Below, one piece after another: positions 9,376 to 17,146 of a DNA stretch of 64,000 bases. Origin of the DNA: Deltaproteobacteria bacterium. GTDB lineage: Bacteria; Myxococcota; Myxococcia; Myxococcales; SZAS-1. The position numbers and the translations under genes are program-made. Every line of letters begins with the position of its first letter. Position 1 is the stretch's first letter. The notes below the pieces were generated by a model. It was not told the DNA's origin and did not search any database. It saw only the letters and a program-made list of their open reading frames with translations. The stretch is taken from contig JAFEBB010000038.1 of NCBI GenBank assembly GCA_018266075.1, positions 1-64,000 on the forward strand, written 5' to 3'.

Positions 9376-9915
9376 ATGCGGCCGTTGGCGCTCGTCGTCG
9401 GCTGCTTGGTCGTGAGCGCGACGACCTGTGCAACCGTGCCATCGCTGGTTTTCTGCTCGAATGCACCGATCTCGGAGATCCTCTCGCCGAGCGGCGCGGC
9501 AAAGGCAATCGTCTTCCGTCGGCGCTGCTATTCAGACAGCTGGACCTCCGTTTCGATCGAAGCACGCGACGCGAGGCTTCCGATCTGGGATGGAAACGCC
9601 GGGACGTTCTTCTCGGGCTTCAACCATTACGACAGAATCCCGGACGTCCCCGCAGTGAGCTGGCTCGATCCGAATCGTCTTCGCATCGAGTACGACTGGC
9701 GCGATCAGCTTCGCGACAAGACTGACCACGCGCACGGGGTCGCCGTCGAATACGTCCCCATCGGCGCGCCGGGGCCGAACTCCTTCGTTGAGCCCGGAGG
9801 CCCGCATTCGGCTCCGCAGCCCGCTCCGAAACGCGAACGCTACTGGGAGATGCGACCTTCGCCACAACGATGCGGTGAGAAGAAGACCGAACCGACCGGC
9901 AAGCCGTTCATCTGA
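9376..9915 (+). CDS. lipoprotein, hypothetical
   Basis: Lipobox LVVGC at the N-terminus. Starts 4 nt after the lepB stop. Confidence 0.5.
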   Translation: MRPLALVVGCLVVSATTCATVPSLVFCSNAPISEILSPSGAAKAIVFRRRCYSDSWTSVSIEARDARLPIWDGNAGTFFSGFNHYDRIPDVPAVSWLDPNRLRIEYDWRDQLRDKTDHAHGVAVEYVPIGAPGPNSFVEPGGPHSAPQPAPKRERYWEMRPSPQRCGEKKTEPTGKPFI

Positions 9916-10015
9916 CCCCGCGCGCGATGGCTCGCGCAGATGGACGGCCCAATTACGCGGATCGCCCCGCCCGGCGCCTTCCCACCCGCTCGGCGCGCTG
10001 CTATCACCGAACGCG

Positions 10016-11947
10016 ATGCCCCCCTCGCTGCGCAGCCTCGCTGTGCTCGGCTTGCTGCTCGCGAGCGCTTGCCACGGCACCACCACCACCACCGACGCCG
10101 GTCCGCCCGCGCCGCTCGGGCCGCACCCGCTCTACGCCAGCGACGCCGGCGCGCCGGGAAATCCCTTCCCCGACGATCGCCTGGTGCTGAACGGCCAGCT
10201 CACCGTCCGCGACAACTTCTGGCAGGACTACCTGCCCCAGAGCTCGCAGACGCACACCATGGCCACGTTCCAGAGCGGGAACGCGCCCTCGCTGGCCACC
10301 GTCGCGGGACACGGGAACTCGGGCTTCACCCTGGTGCGCGTGTCGGACGCGCTCGATCCCGCGTCGCTCGCGGGCCACGTGTTCTTCGCCGAGAAGGTGA
10401 ACGGCGCGTGGACGAAGGGCCCGGACGCCGTCGCCCAGTTCGTCGATCCGGGAAATGATAACTATTTTGTTGCAATTCGCGCTGCCACGCCGCTCGCCAA
10501 TGGCCAGCCCGCTGCGCTCGTGCTCGCGAAGGGTTTGATGACCGCCGACGGCACCGCGCTGGTGCGCCCGCCGGACTTCGACACCGAGGCGAAGTCCGAG
10601 AGCGATCTCGCCCAGCTCGCGACCGCGCTCGGCCTCAATGCCAGCGACGTGCTGCTCAAGCTCGATCTCGCGGTGCAAGACTCGACGAAGGACGTCCTCC
10701 AGATCGCCGCCTGGGCCGGCCAGGACGCGCCGGTGAGCTACACGCTGCACACCGCCGATGGCGGCAACGATCTCCTCGCGCCGCTCGGCGTCTGGACCGG
10801 CCCCGACGTGAGCAACTGGAGCGCGTACCTGCGCAACGGCGACGCCAGCCGCGTCTCGCCCGATGCCGGCATCTCCGCGGTGGGCACCGTCGCGCTGGGC
10901 ACCTTCGACAGCCACGACCTGCGCGACTTCGTCTACGACAGCGTGGGCAACGTGATCTCCGCCGGCTGGAAGCCCGACTGGATCGCCAACCCCGACGGCG
11001 CGCCCACCACGCCGCTGCACTTCGTGCTCACCCTGCCCACGCCCGACAAGAAGGTGAATGGCAAGTACCGGGTGATGATCGTGGCGCACGGCCTCGGCAG
11101 CCGGAACACCTTCGACACCAGCCCCAGCCGCGACACCCAGACGCTGGTGGGCGCGCTCGCGGTGCGCATGGCCGAGAACGGCATCGCCTGCATCGGCATC
11201 GACGACGTCGACCACGGCACGCGCGGCAACTACCTCCAGCTCTTCGACATGAACGACATCCGCACCACGCGCGAGAACTTCCGGCAGACCACCGCCGATC
11301 TCCTGCAGCTCTCGCGGCTGGTGCCCCAGCTCGACGTCGACGGCGACGGCCAACCCGACCTCGACGCCAGCGACATCGCCTTCTTCGGCAACTCGCTGGG
11401 CAGCATCGAGGGCGAGCCGTTCCTGGCCACCGACCACCGCGTGAAGTACGGCGTGCTCAACGTGCCCACCGGCGGCCTGGGCATGATGTTCCTCACCGAC
11501 CAGCAGGCGCCCACGCTGCACTTCTTCGTGGGCGCGCTCATCGCCTCTGCGGCGGGCGTCGACATCGGCAAGCAGCCCGCGTTCGACCAGACGCTGCTCG
11601 TGTTCTCCAGCGAGGGCCAGACGGTGTTCGAGCCGGCGGATCCCTTCGACTACGCGGCGCTGCTCGCGCAGAAGCACGTGCTCGCGCAGGAGGGCGTGGG
11701 CGACAAGACGCTCCCCAACGTGAACACCGACGAGCTCTTCGCGGGCGCGCAGCTCGCCGAGGTGACCGCGCCGCTCGATGACGCGGCTGGCGTCTCCGGC
11801 TTCACGCGCGTCACGCCGAGCGACTACGGCATCACCGACCCGAGCTTCGATCCGCACAGCTCCTTCTTCTACATTCCGCAGGTGCAAGCACAGGCCGTCG
11901 ACTTCCTGGTCTCGCACGGCACCTCGATCACGCCCATCCACCCATGA
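10016..11947 (+). CDS. secreted lipoprotein, alpha/beta-hydrolase (lipase/esterase-like, GNSLG nucleophile elbow)
   Basis: Signal peptide with lipobox (LLLASAC). GxSxG motif FFGNSLGS, plus HG (IVAHGLGS). The upstream part of track ORF 9788..11947 is run-on. Confidence 0.65.
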   Translation: MPPSLRSLAVLGLLLASACHGTTTTTDAGPPAPLGPHPLYASDAGAPGNPFPDDRLVLNGQLTVRDNFWQDYLPQSSQTHTMATFQSGNAPSLATVAGHGNSGFTLVRVSDALDPASLAGHVFFAEKVNGAWTKGPDAVAQFVDPGNDNYFVAIRAATPLANGQPAALVLAKGLMTADGTALVRPPDFDTEAKSESDLAQLATALGLNASDVLLKLDLAVQDSTKDVLQIAAWAGQDAPVSYTLHTADGGNDLLAPLGVWTGPDVSNWSAYLRNGDASRVSPDAGISAVGTVALGTFDSHDLRDFVYDSVGNVISAGWKPDWIANPDGAPTTPLHFVLTLPTPDKKVNGKYRVMIVAHGLGSRNTFDTSPSRDTQTLVGALAVRMAENGIACIGIDDVDHGTRGNYLQLFDMNDIRTTRENFRQTTADLLQLSRLVPQLDVDGDGQPDLDASDIAFFGNSLGSIEGEPFLATDHRVKYGVLNVPTGGLGMMFLTDQQAPTLHFFVGALIASAAGVDIGKQPAFDQTLLVFSSEGQTVFEPADPFDYAALLAQKHVLAQEGVGDKTLPNVNTDELFAGAQLAEVTAPLDDAAGVSGFTRVTPSDYGITDPSFDPHSSFFYIPQVQAQAVDFLVSHGTSITPIHP

Positions 11948-12594
11948 AATTTCTCCCGCCCCTCGCCTCCGCCGCGCTGCTCGTCTGCGGCTGCTCCACC
12001 CCCAAGGTCGCCGCCTCGGAGGCCTTCGGCCCCGAGCTCACCGTGCACACCGTGCCCGAGGGCGCCGAGATCTTCCGCGATGGCCGCAGCCTGGGCCTCG
12101 CACCCGTTAACGTTCCGGTTAAGTCGGCGGACGCGACCTTGAGCCTCGAGGCCCACCTCGGCGGCTACCAGCCCGCGAAGGCCACCCTCGACGCCAAGGA
12201 TCTCCGCCAGCAAGGCGGCGGGGAGAGCTGGATGGCGCTCAAACCGGAGACCATGGGCACCGACGCCCCCGCCATCGATGCCACCAAGGCCGCCGACCTG
12301 GACAAGGGCGGCGTCGCGCTCAGCAAGGCCAAGCGCTGCAAGGAGGCGCTGCAGTTCTTTGGCCGGGCCATCGCCCTCGACGGCCGCTACCCCAAGGCCC
12401 GCCGCGACCGCGCCCACTGCTACGCCGCCCTGCACCAGTGGGACGCCGCGGCCACCGACCTCGAGGTCTACTTGAGCATCGTTCCCGATGCGCCCGATGC
12501 GCAGAAGGTTATCGAGGAGATCTCCAAGCTCCGCGGCGGCCGCGAGATGGACCTGGCGCCGGCCGAGCAGACCGGCGGCGGGAGCACGCACTGA
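11944..12594 (+). CDS. lipoprotein with PEGA domain and TPR-like C-terminus
   Basis: Lipobox LLVCGC. PEGA motif (VPEGAEIFRDGRSLGLAPV). Start overlaps the upstream stop (ATGA). TPR-like helices at the C-terminus. Confidence 0.55.
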   Translation: MKFLPPLASAALLVCGCSTPKVAASEAFGPELTVHTVPEGAEIFRDGRSLGLAPVNVPVKSADATLSLEAHLGGYQPAKATLDAKDLRQQGGGESWMALKPETMGTDAPAIDATKAADLDKGGVALSKAKRCKEALQFFGRAIALDGRYPKARRDRAHCYAALHQWDAAATDLEVYLSIVPDAPDAQKVIEEISKLRGGREMDLAPAEQTGGGSTH

Positions 12595-12914
12595 TGACCA
12601 AGAAGGTCAGCGTGGGCGCGGCCGACCTCAAGGAGGGCGAGCTGCGCGGCGTCGAGGTGGACAAGCGGATGATCCTCCTCGCGCGCGACGCGGGCCGCGT
12701 GCACGCCCTCGACAACTGGTGCAACCACGCCGGCTGCCTGCTCTCCGGCGGCCGCGTGGAGCGCAACCTGGTCATCTGCCCCTGCCACGAGGTGGGCTTC
12801 GAGCTGGCCACCGGCCGCGTGGCCACCTCGCCGCGGCTCTGCGACGATCAACAGCGATTCGCCGCCGAAGAGCGCGATGGTCAGATCTGGGTCGAGCTCC
12901 CCGACGACCCCTGA
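12594..12914 (+). CDS. Rieske [2Fe-2S] domain protein
   Basis: CxH…CxxH boxes: CNHAGC and CPCHEV. The ATG overlaps the upstream TGA (TGATG). Confidence 0.75.
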   Translation: MTKKVSVGAADLKEGELRGVEVDKRMILLARDAGRVHALDNWCNHAGCLLSGGRVERNLVICPCHEVGFELATGRVATSPRLCDDQQRFAAEERDGQIWVELPDDP

Positions 12915-12922
12915 GGTGCCCG

Positions 12923-13516
12923 ATGGGACACGAAGGCCACGACGATCACGATCACCCGCACCACCACGGGCACGGGCACGATCATCACCACCACGGGCAC
13001 AAGCACGATCGCCACGACGTGCCGCACGAGCACCGCGAGCACGCGCAGGTGAGCGTGGCCGCCTGGGCCATCACCTGCTCCGATACGCGCACGCCCGCGG
13101 AGGACGAAAGCGGCAAGGTCCTGCGCGCCGAGCTGGAGAAGGCCGGGCACACCGTCGCCGGCCAGCAGATCGTGAAGGACGACGCGGCCGCGCTCCGCGC
13201 TGCCATCGAGCACGCGCTGGAGCACGGGGCGCGCGCCATCGTCATCTCCGGCGGAACGGGGATCGCGCGGCGCGACGTGGCCGTGGAGACCGTGGGCGCG
13301 CTCTTCGAGAAGGCGCTGCCTGGCTTCGGCGAGCTCTTCCGCATGCTCTCGTTCGAGGAGATCGGCTCGGCGGCGTGGCTGAGCCGCGCGGCTGCGGGCA
13401 CGTATCGCGGCGCGCTGATCTTCGCCCTGCCCGGCTCGCCCAACGCCGTGCGCCTGGCGCTGCACAGGCTCATCCTCCCCGAGCTGGGCCATGCGGTGCG
13501 CGAGCTCTTGCGCTAG
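12923..13516 (+). CDS. molybdenum cofactor biosynthesis protein MoaB/MogA family with His-rich N-terminal extension
   Basis: MogA/MoaB core (GGTGI, ALPGSPNAV). The N-terminal ~40 aa are extremely His/Asp-rich (HEGHDDHDHPHHHGHGHDHHHHGHKHDRHD). Confidence 0.8.
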   Translation: MGHEGHDDHDHPHHHGHGHDHHHHGHKHDRHDVPHEHREHAQVSVAAWAITCSDTRTPAEDESGKVLRAELEKAGHTVAGQQIVKDDAAALRAAIEHALEHGARAIVISGGTGIARRDVAVETVGALFEKALPGFGELFRMLSFEEIGSAAWLSRAAAGTYRGALIFALPGSPNAVRLALHRLILPELGHAVRELLR

Positions 13517-13519
13517 TCG

Positions 13520-14431
13520 TTGAGCGTGCTCTCCCCTGCGCGCGCCCGGGCGCTCGGCCCCCTGCTCGACCGCTTCCTCGCGGACTACGACCACCGCGCG
13601 CGCATCGCCTTCGATCCCATCGAGCTGCCGCACCGCTATCGCCGCCCGGAGGACGTGGAGGTGAGCGCGCTGCTCGCCTGCTCGCTCGCGTACGGCCGGG
13701 TGGATCTCTTCAAGCCCAAGCTCGAGCGCCTGCTCGCCAGCATGGGCGGGAGCCCGGCCGACTTTGCTGCCGCGTTCGATCCGAAGCGGCACCGCGCCGT
13801 GTTTGAAGGCTTCGTCTATCGCTTCAACCTCGCGAGCGACATCGCCCTGCTCGTGGCGGGGATGGGCGCGATGCTGCGCGAGCACGGCTCGCTGGGCGCG
13901 GCGTTCCGGCCCGACGTGCCGCTGCGTGACGCGCTCATCGATTTCACCGGCCGGCTGCGCAACCACCCGCGCGCCGCCATCGTGCGCGAGCTGGGGCCGG
14001 TGCGCGGGCTCGATCACCTGCTGCCCGACCCGGCCCGCGGCGGCTCGTGCAAGCGGCTGCTGCTCTTCCTGCGCTGGATGGCGCGCGGCCCCGACGGTGT
14101 GGACTTCGGGCTCTGGAAGCTGCCGACGTCGAGGCTCGTCATCCCGCTCGATACGCACATCGCCCGCATCAGCCGCCTGCTGGGGCTCACCGCGCGCAAC
14201 GATCTCTCGTGGAAGACCGCCGCGGAGATCACCGCCTCGCTGGCCCTGCTCGATGCGAACGACCCCGTGAAGTACGACTTCGCGCTCTGTCACTACGGCA
14301 TGAGCGGGGTGTGTCCGGCGCGGCCGGTGCGCGAGAACTGCCGGCGCTGCGCCCTGCGCGTGAGCTGCAAGGTCGGCCGACGCCTGCCCAACGCTCGCGC
14401 GAAGCTGGAGACGGCCCACCACCGGGGGTAG
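13520..14431 (+). CDS. conserved hypothetical protein (TIGR02757/DUF2400-like), TTG start
   Basis: 303-aa ORF with protein-like composition, tightly linked in the plus-strand operon. C-terminal Cys cluster (CPARPVRENCRRCALRVSC). The family assignment is from memory. Confidence 0.5.
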   Translation: MSVLSPARARALGPLLDRFLADYDHRARIAFDPIELPHRYRRPEDVEVSALLACSLAYGRVDLFKPKLERLLASMGGSPADFAAAFDPKRHRAVFEGFVYRFNLASDIALLVAGMGAMLREHGSLGAAFRPDVPLRDALIDFTGRLRNHPRAAIVRELGPVRGLDHLLPDPARGGSCKRLLLFLRWMARGPDGVDFGLWKLPTSRLVIPLDTHIARISRLLGLTARNDLSWKTAAEITASLALLDANDPVKYDFALCHYGMSGVCPARPVRENCRRCALRVSCKVGRRLPNARAKLETAHHRG

Positions 14432-14447
14432 GCTGCACGTTGCAGCC
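14431..14447. terminator. GC hairpin (GGCTGCA-CGT-TGCAGCC) immediately after the TIGR02757-like gene stop
   Basis: Seen directly: a 7-bp inverted repeat with a 3-nt loop starting at the stop codon. No U-tract follows, so it may be an attenuator or RNA-processing site. Confidence 0.3.
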
Positions 14448-14470
14448 TCACCTGGGAACCGGGCGGACGC

Positions 14471-14956
14471 GTGCTCATCGGCAAGGCCACGCCGCGCGAT
14501 CGCGACTTCCTCGAAGAGCTCGCCGCCGAGGCGTTCCGGGCCTTCGGGAGCTACGGCAAGCTGCTTCGCGGCTGGAGCGACGAGCCCGGCGTGCACACCT
14601 ACATCGCGCGGAGCGACCAGGAGCGCGTGGGCTTCGTGATGCTCGGCTTCTACTACTCCGACCACGACCGACGCGCGGTCTACGGCGACGTGCTCGCCAT
14701 CGCCGTCTCGCCCACGCACCGCGGCCACGGCGTGGGCCGGCTCCTGCTGCGCCACGCGGTGGAGACGGCGTACCAGGCGCGGCGGACCTTGGATGTCCGC
14801 GAGGTGCGCTTGAGCGTGGCCGACACCAACACGCGCGCGCAGAAGCTCTTCCTGAGCGAGGGCTTCAGCGAGGGTGAAGAGGCGCGCGGCCGCTACGACG
14901 GCGGCCAGGAAGCGATCCGCATGGTGCTCAAGCTCGCGCCCGAGCGAATGCGGTGA
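14471..14956 (+). CDS. GNAT family N-acetyltransferase
   Basis: Acetyl-CoA binding motif RGHGVGRLLL. Size is about 160 aa. Confidence 0.75.
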   Translation: MLIGKATPRDRDFLEELAAEAFRAFGSYGKLLRGWSDEPGVHTYIARSDQERVGFVMLGFYYSDHDRRAVYGDVLAIAVSPTHRGHGVGRLLLRHAVETAYQARRTLDVREVRLSVADTNTRAQKLFLSEGFSEGEEARGRYDGGQEAIRMVLKLAPERMR

Positions 14957-14958
14957 GT

Positions 14959-14978
14959 TTAACGGAATCGTTAACTAG
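14959..14978. repeat. AT-rich palindromic 20-mer TTAACGGAATCGTTAACTAG at a convergent gene junction (copy 1 of 2)
   Basis: Seen directly. Inverted arms TTAACG/CGTTAA. It supplies the in-frame TAA just after the GNAT TGA and the CTA (TAG) stop of the minus-strand gene 14975..15415. It is 18/20 identical to 23192..23211. Confidence 0.8.
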
Positions 14979-15415
14979 AACTGGCCCTGCATCGAGCTCT
15001 TGCCGGCCACGAGCCCGATCGCCGAGAGCGCCGCGAGCCCGCAGATGATGAAGCCGGTGAGCGCCCAGCCCGCCTCGCCGCGGCTGTCGAGGCGCAGCCC
15101 CAGCTCGGCCCAGGCCACCGCGTCGATCGCCGCGATCGGAACCATGAGCGGCAAGAGCCGTGACTTCCGCCACGTGGACACGTGGTAGCCCACCCACGCC
15201 TGGGCCATGCCGTTCACCAGCCCGCCGACCGCCACGGCGGCCAGCACCGCGCCGCCGAGGCCCAGGTGCTGCAGCACCGGCAAGCTCGCGCCAATCGTCG
15301 GATCGAGCGCCTGCACCAGGAGGATGACGCCGACCGTCGCCCACACCGCTGCGCGCAGCAGCTGCAGCACGGCCGAGAGGGAGAGGAACTTCTGCTGGAG
15401 CGTCGGCGAGGCCAC
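14975..15415 (-). CDS. small integral membrane protein (about 4 TM), hypothetical
   Basis: Hydrophobic helices. Lies 3 nt downstream of the DAC-domain gene on the same strand. Confidence 0.5.
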   Translation of the reverse strand: MASPTLQQKFLSLSAVLQLLRAAVWATVGVILLVQALDPTIGASLPVLQHLGLGGAVLAAVAVGGLVNGMAQAWVGYHVSTWRKSRLLPLMVPIAAIDAVAWAELGLRLDSRGEAGWALTGFIICGLAALSAIGLVAGKSSMQGQF

Positions 15416-15417
15416 GG

Positions 15418-16308
15418 CTACGTCCGCCGGAAGCGCTGGTGGACCTCGAGCACGATCTCGCCGTCCTGGAAGACGCGCACCGAGCCCGAGGTCTGCGAGA
15501 CCGTGACCGCAATGGCCTTGGTCTCCTTGGTCATGGCCGCGCTGGCCGCGTGGCGCGAGCCCAGCCCGAGCGGAATCTTGATGTCCTCGCGGCTGGCCTG
15601 CAGGTAGCGACCCGCGGCCAGCACCACGCCGTCCTCGCGGATGATGAAGCCGCCGTCGAGCACCGCGAAGTTCTTGATGGCGTCGCGGATGCTCGGATCG
15701 AGCACGTTGCGGTCCGACTCGCTGATGCCCGCGAACGGATTGAGCGTGAGCTGCTTGCTGATCTCGAGGACGCGCGTCGAATCACCGATCACCATGATGG
15801 TGCCGATGGGGTGACCCTCGAAGCCCTCCTGGCCGATGGTGAGCGCCAGGTTGATGATGGCCTCGATGGCCTGCGAGTTGAATGCCTCGCCCAGGTTGAG
15901 GCCTGAGAGGTCGACCTGGTCCTCTTCGAAGCGCTGGCCGATGACGACCTTGATGAGCGTGTCGAGCACGCGTCCATCGGAGCGGCCGGTGATGCAGAGC
16001 ACCGTCTCGCCTTCGACGAGGAGCCCCGCGGACACCGCGGCCACCAGCGCCACCTTCATCTTCTCGGTGCGCGCGTAGTCGTAGTGGGGCACGCGCACGC
16101 ACGCGTACTTGGCGGCGTGGAGCTGTTTGATGAGCTTCTCGTCGGTGACACCGTAGATGAGCTTCTTCTTGATGGGCCGGCCGCGCATCTCCGCGGGCGA
16201 GAGCGGGTGGTCGCTCACGCAGAGCACGTGGTCCACGTCGGCCTTGGCCGCGAGCGTGAGCGCGCTGCGCAAGAACTCCCTGTCGAACTTGGTGGATTCG
16301 CCGGACAC
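15418..16308 (-). CDS. DAC (DisA_N) domain protein, diadenylate-cyclase-like with non-canonical motifs
   Basis: C-terminal ~140 aa match the DisA_N/DAC layout (IGTIMVIGDS…LDGGFIIREDGVVLAAG…LGSRHAASAAMT…VSQTSGSVRVF). At the positions where DAC enzymes have DGA and RHR (recalled from memory), this protein has DGG and RHA. Confidence 0.65.
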   Translation of the reverse strand: MSGESTKFDREFLRSALTLAAKADVDHVLCVSDHPLSPAEMRGRPIKKKLIYGVTDEKLIKQLHAAKYACVRVPHYDYARTEKMKVALVAAVSAGLLVEGETVLCITGRSDGRVLDTLIKVVIGQRFEEDQVDLSGLNLGEAFNSQAIEAIINLALTIGQEGFEGHPIGTIMVIGDSTRVLEISKQLTLNPFAGISESDRNVLDPSIRDAIKNFAVLDGGFIIREDGVVLAAGRYLQASREDIKIPLGLGSRHAASAAMTKETKAIAVTVSQTSGSVRVFQDGEIVLEVHQRFRRT

Positions 16309-16362
16309 GATCAGAGCCTAGGTGGTGAAGGCGCGGGCCTCAAGATTCACACTCCGCGCGCT

Positions 16363-17133
16363 TCAGAAGGCCCGACCCTGCGCGCCGTCCACCGTGATGC
16401 AAGCGCCGGTCACCCAGCTCGCGCGCGGCGAGCACAAGAAGGTCACCGCCTCGGCGACCTCCTCCGGTTTGCCGAACCGCTTCCACGGCAGCTCGCGCTC
16501 GATCATCTGCCCGATGCGCTCGGGGTCTTTCTGCTGGCGGCGATCCCAGCTCCCGCCGGGGAACATGATCGAGCCGGGAGCGACGGAGTTCACCCGAATG
16601 CGGTGCTTGGCGAGGTCGACGGCCATCTCCTTTGCGAGCCCGATCATCGCTGCCTTGGCCGCCGTATACGGGCCGCTGGTGCAGTACTCGCGGCCGCAGA
16701 TGCTGCTGATGTGCACGATGGAACCGCCGCCGTGATCCTTCATCCATGCGACCGTGTGCTGGCTGCACCACACGGCAGACATCAAGTTGAGATCGAGGAT
16801 CTGCTTCCACTGTGCGGCGGTCGCGGTGTCGAACGGGCCGGTGCCGAGCGAGCCACCGGCGTTGTTGATGAGCACGTCGAGCGCGCCGAACGCGTCGAGC
16901 GCGGCCTTCACGGCGCGTGACGCGCCTTCCTCGGTCGCGAGATCGCAGCTCGCGGCGGCGACGGCGGCGCCCTGCCCTTGCAGCTCCGCGCGCGTGCGCT
17001 CGAGGTCTTCGGTGCCGCGCGCGACGAGGAACACCTTCGCGCCCTCGCGCGCGAGCGACTGCGCCGTGGCTTTGCCGATGCCGCGACTCGCGCCCGCCAC
17101 GAGCGCGACCTTGCCCTGAAGTCCGAGATCCAT
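16363..17133 (-). CDS. SDR family oxidoreductase
   Basis: TGxxxGIG (VAGASRGIGKA), NNAG, and the S…YxxxK catalytic triad region (YTAAKAA). Confidence 0.85.
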   Translation of the reverse strand: MDLGLQGKVALVAGASRGIGKATAQSLAREGAKVFLVARGTEDLERTRAELQGQGAAVAAASCDLATEEGASRAVKAALDAFGALDVLINNAGGSLGTGPFDTATAAQWKQILDLNLMSAVWCSQHTVAWMKDHGGGSIVHISSICGREYCTSGPYTAAKAAMIGLAKEMAVDLAKHRIRVNSVAPGSIMFPGGSWDRRQQKDPERIGQMIERELPWKRFGKPEEVAEAVTFLCSPRASWVTGACITVDGAQGRAF

Positions 17134-17146
17134 GCGGCGCAGCTTG

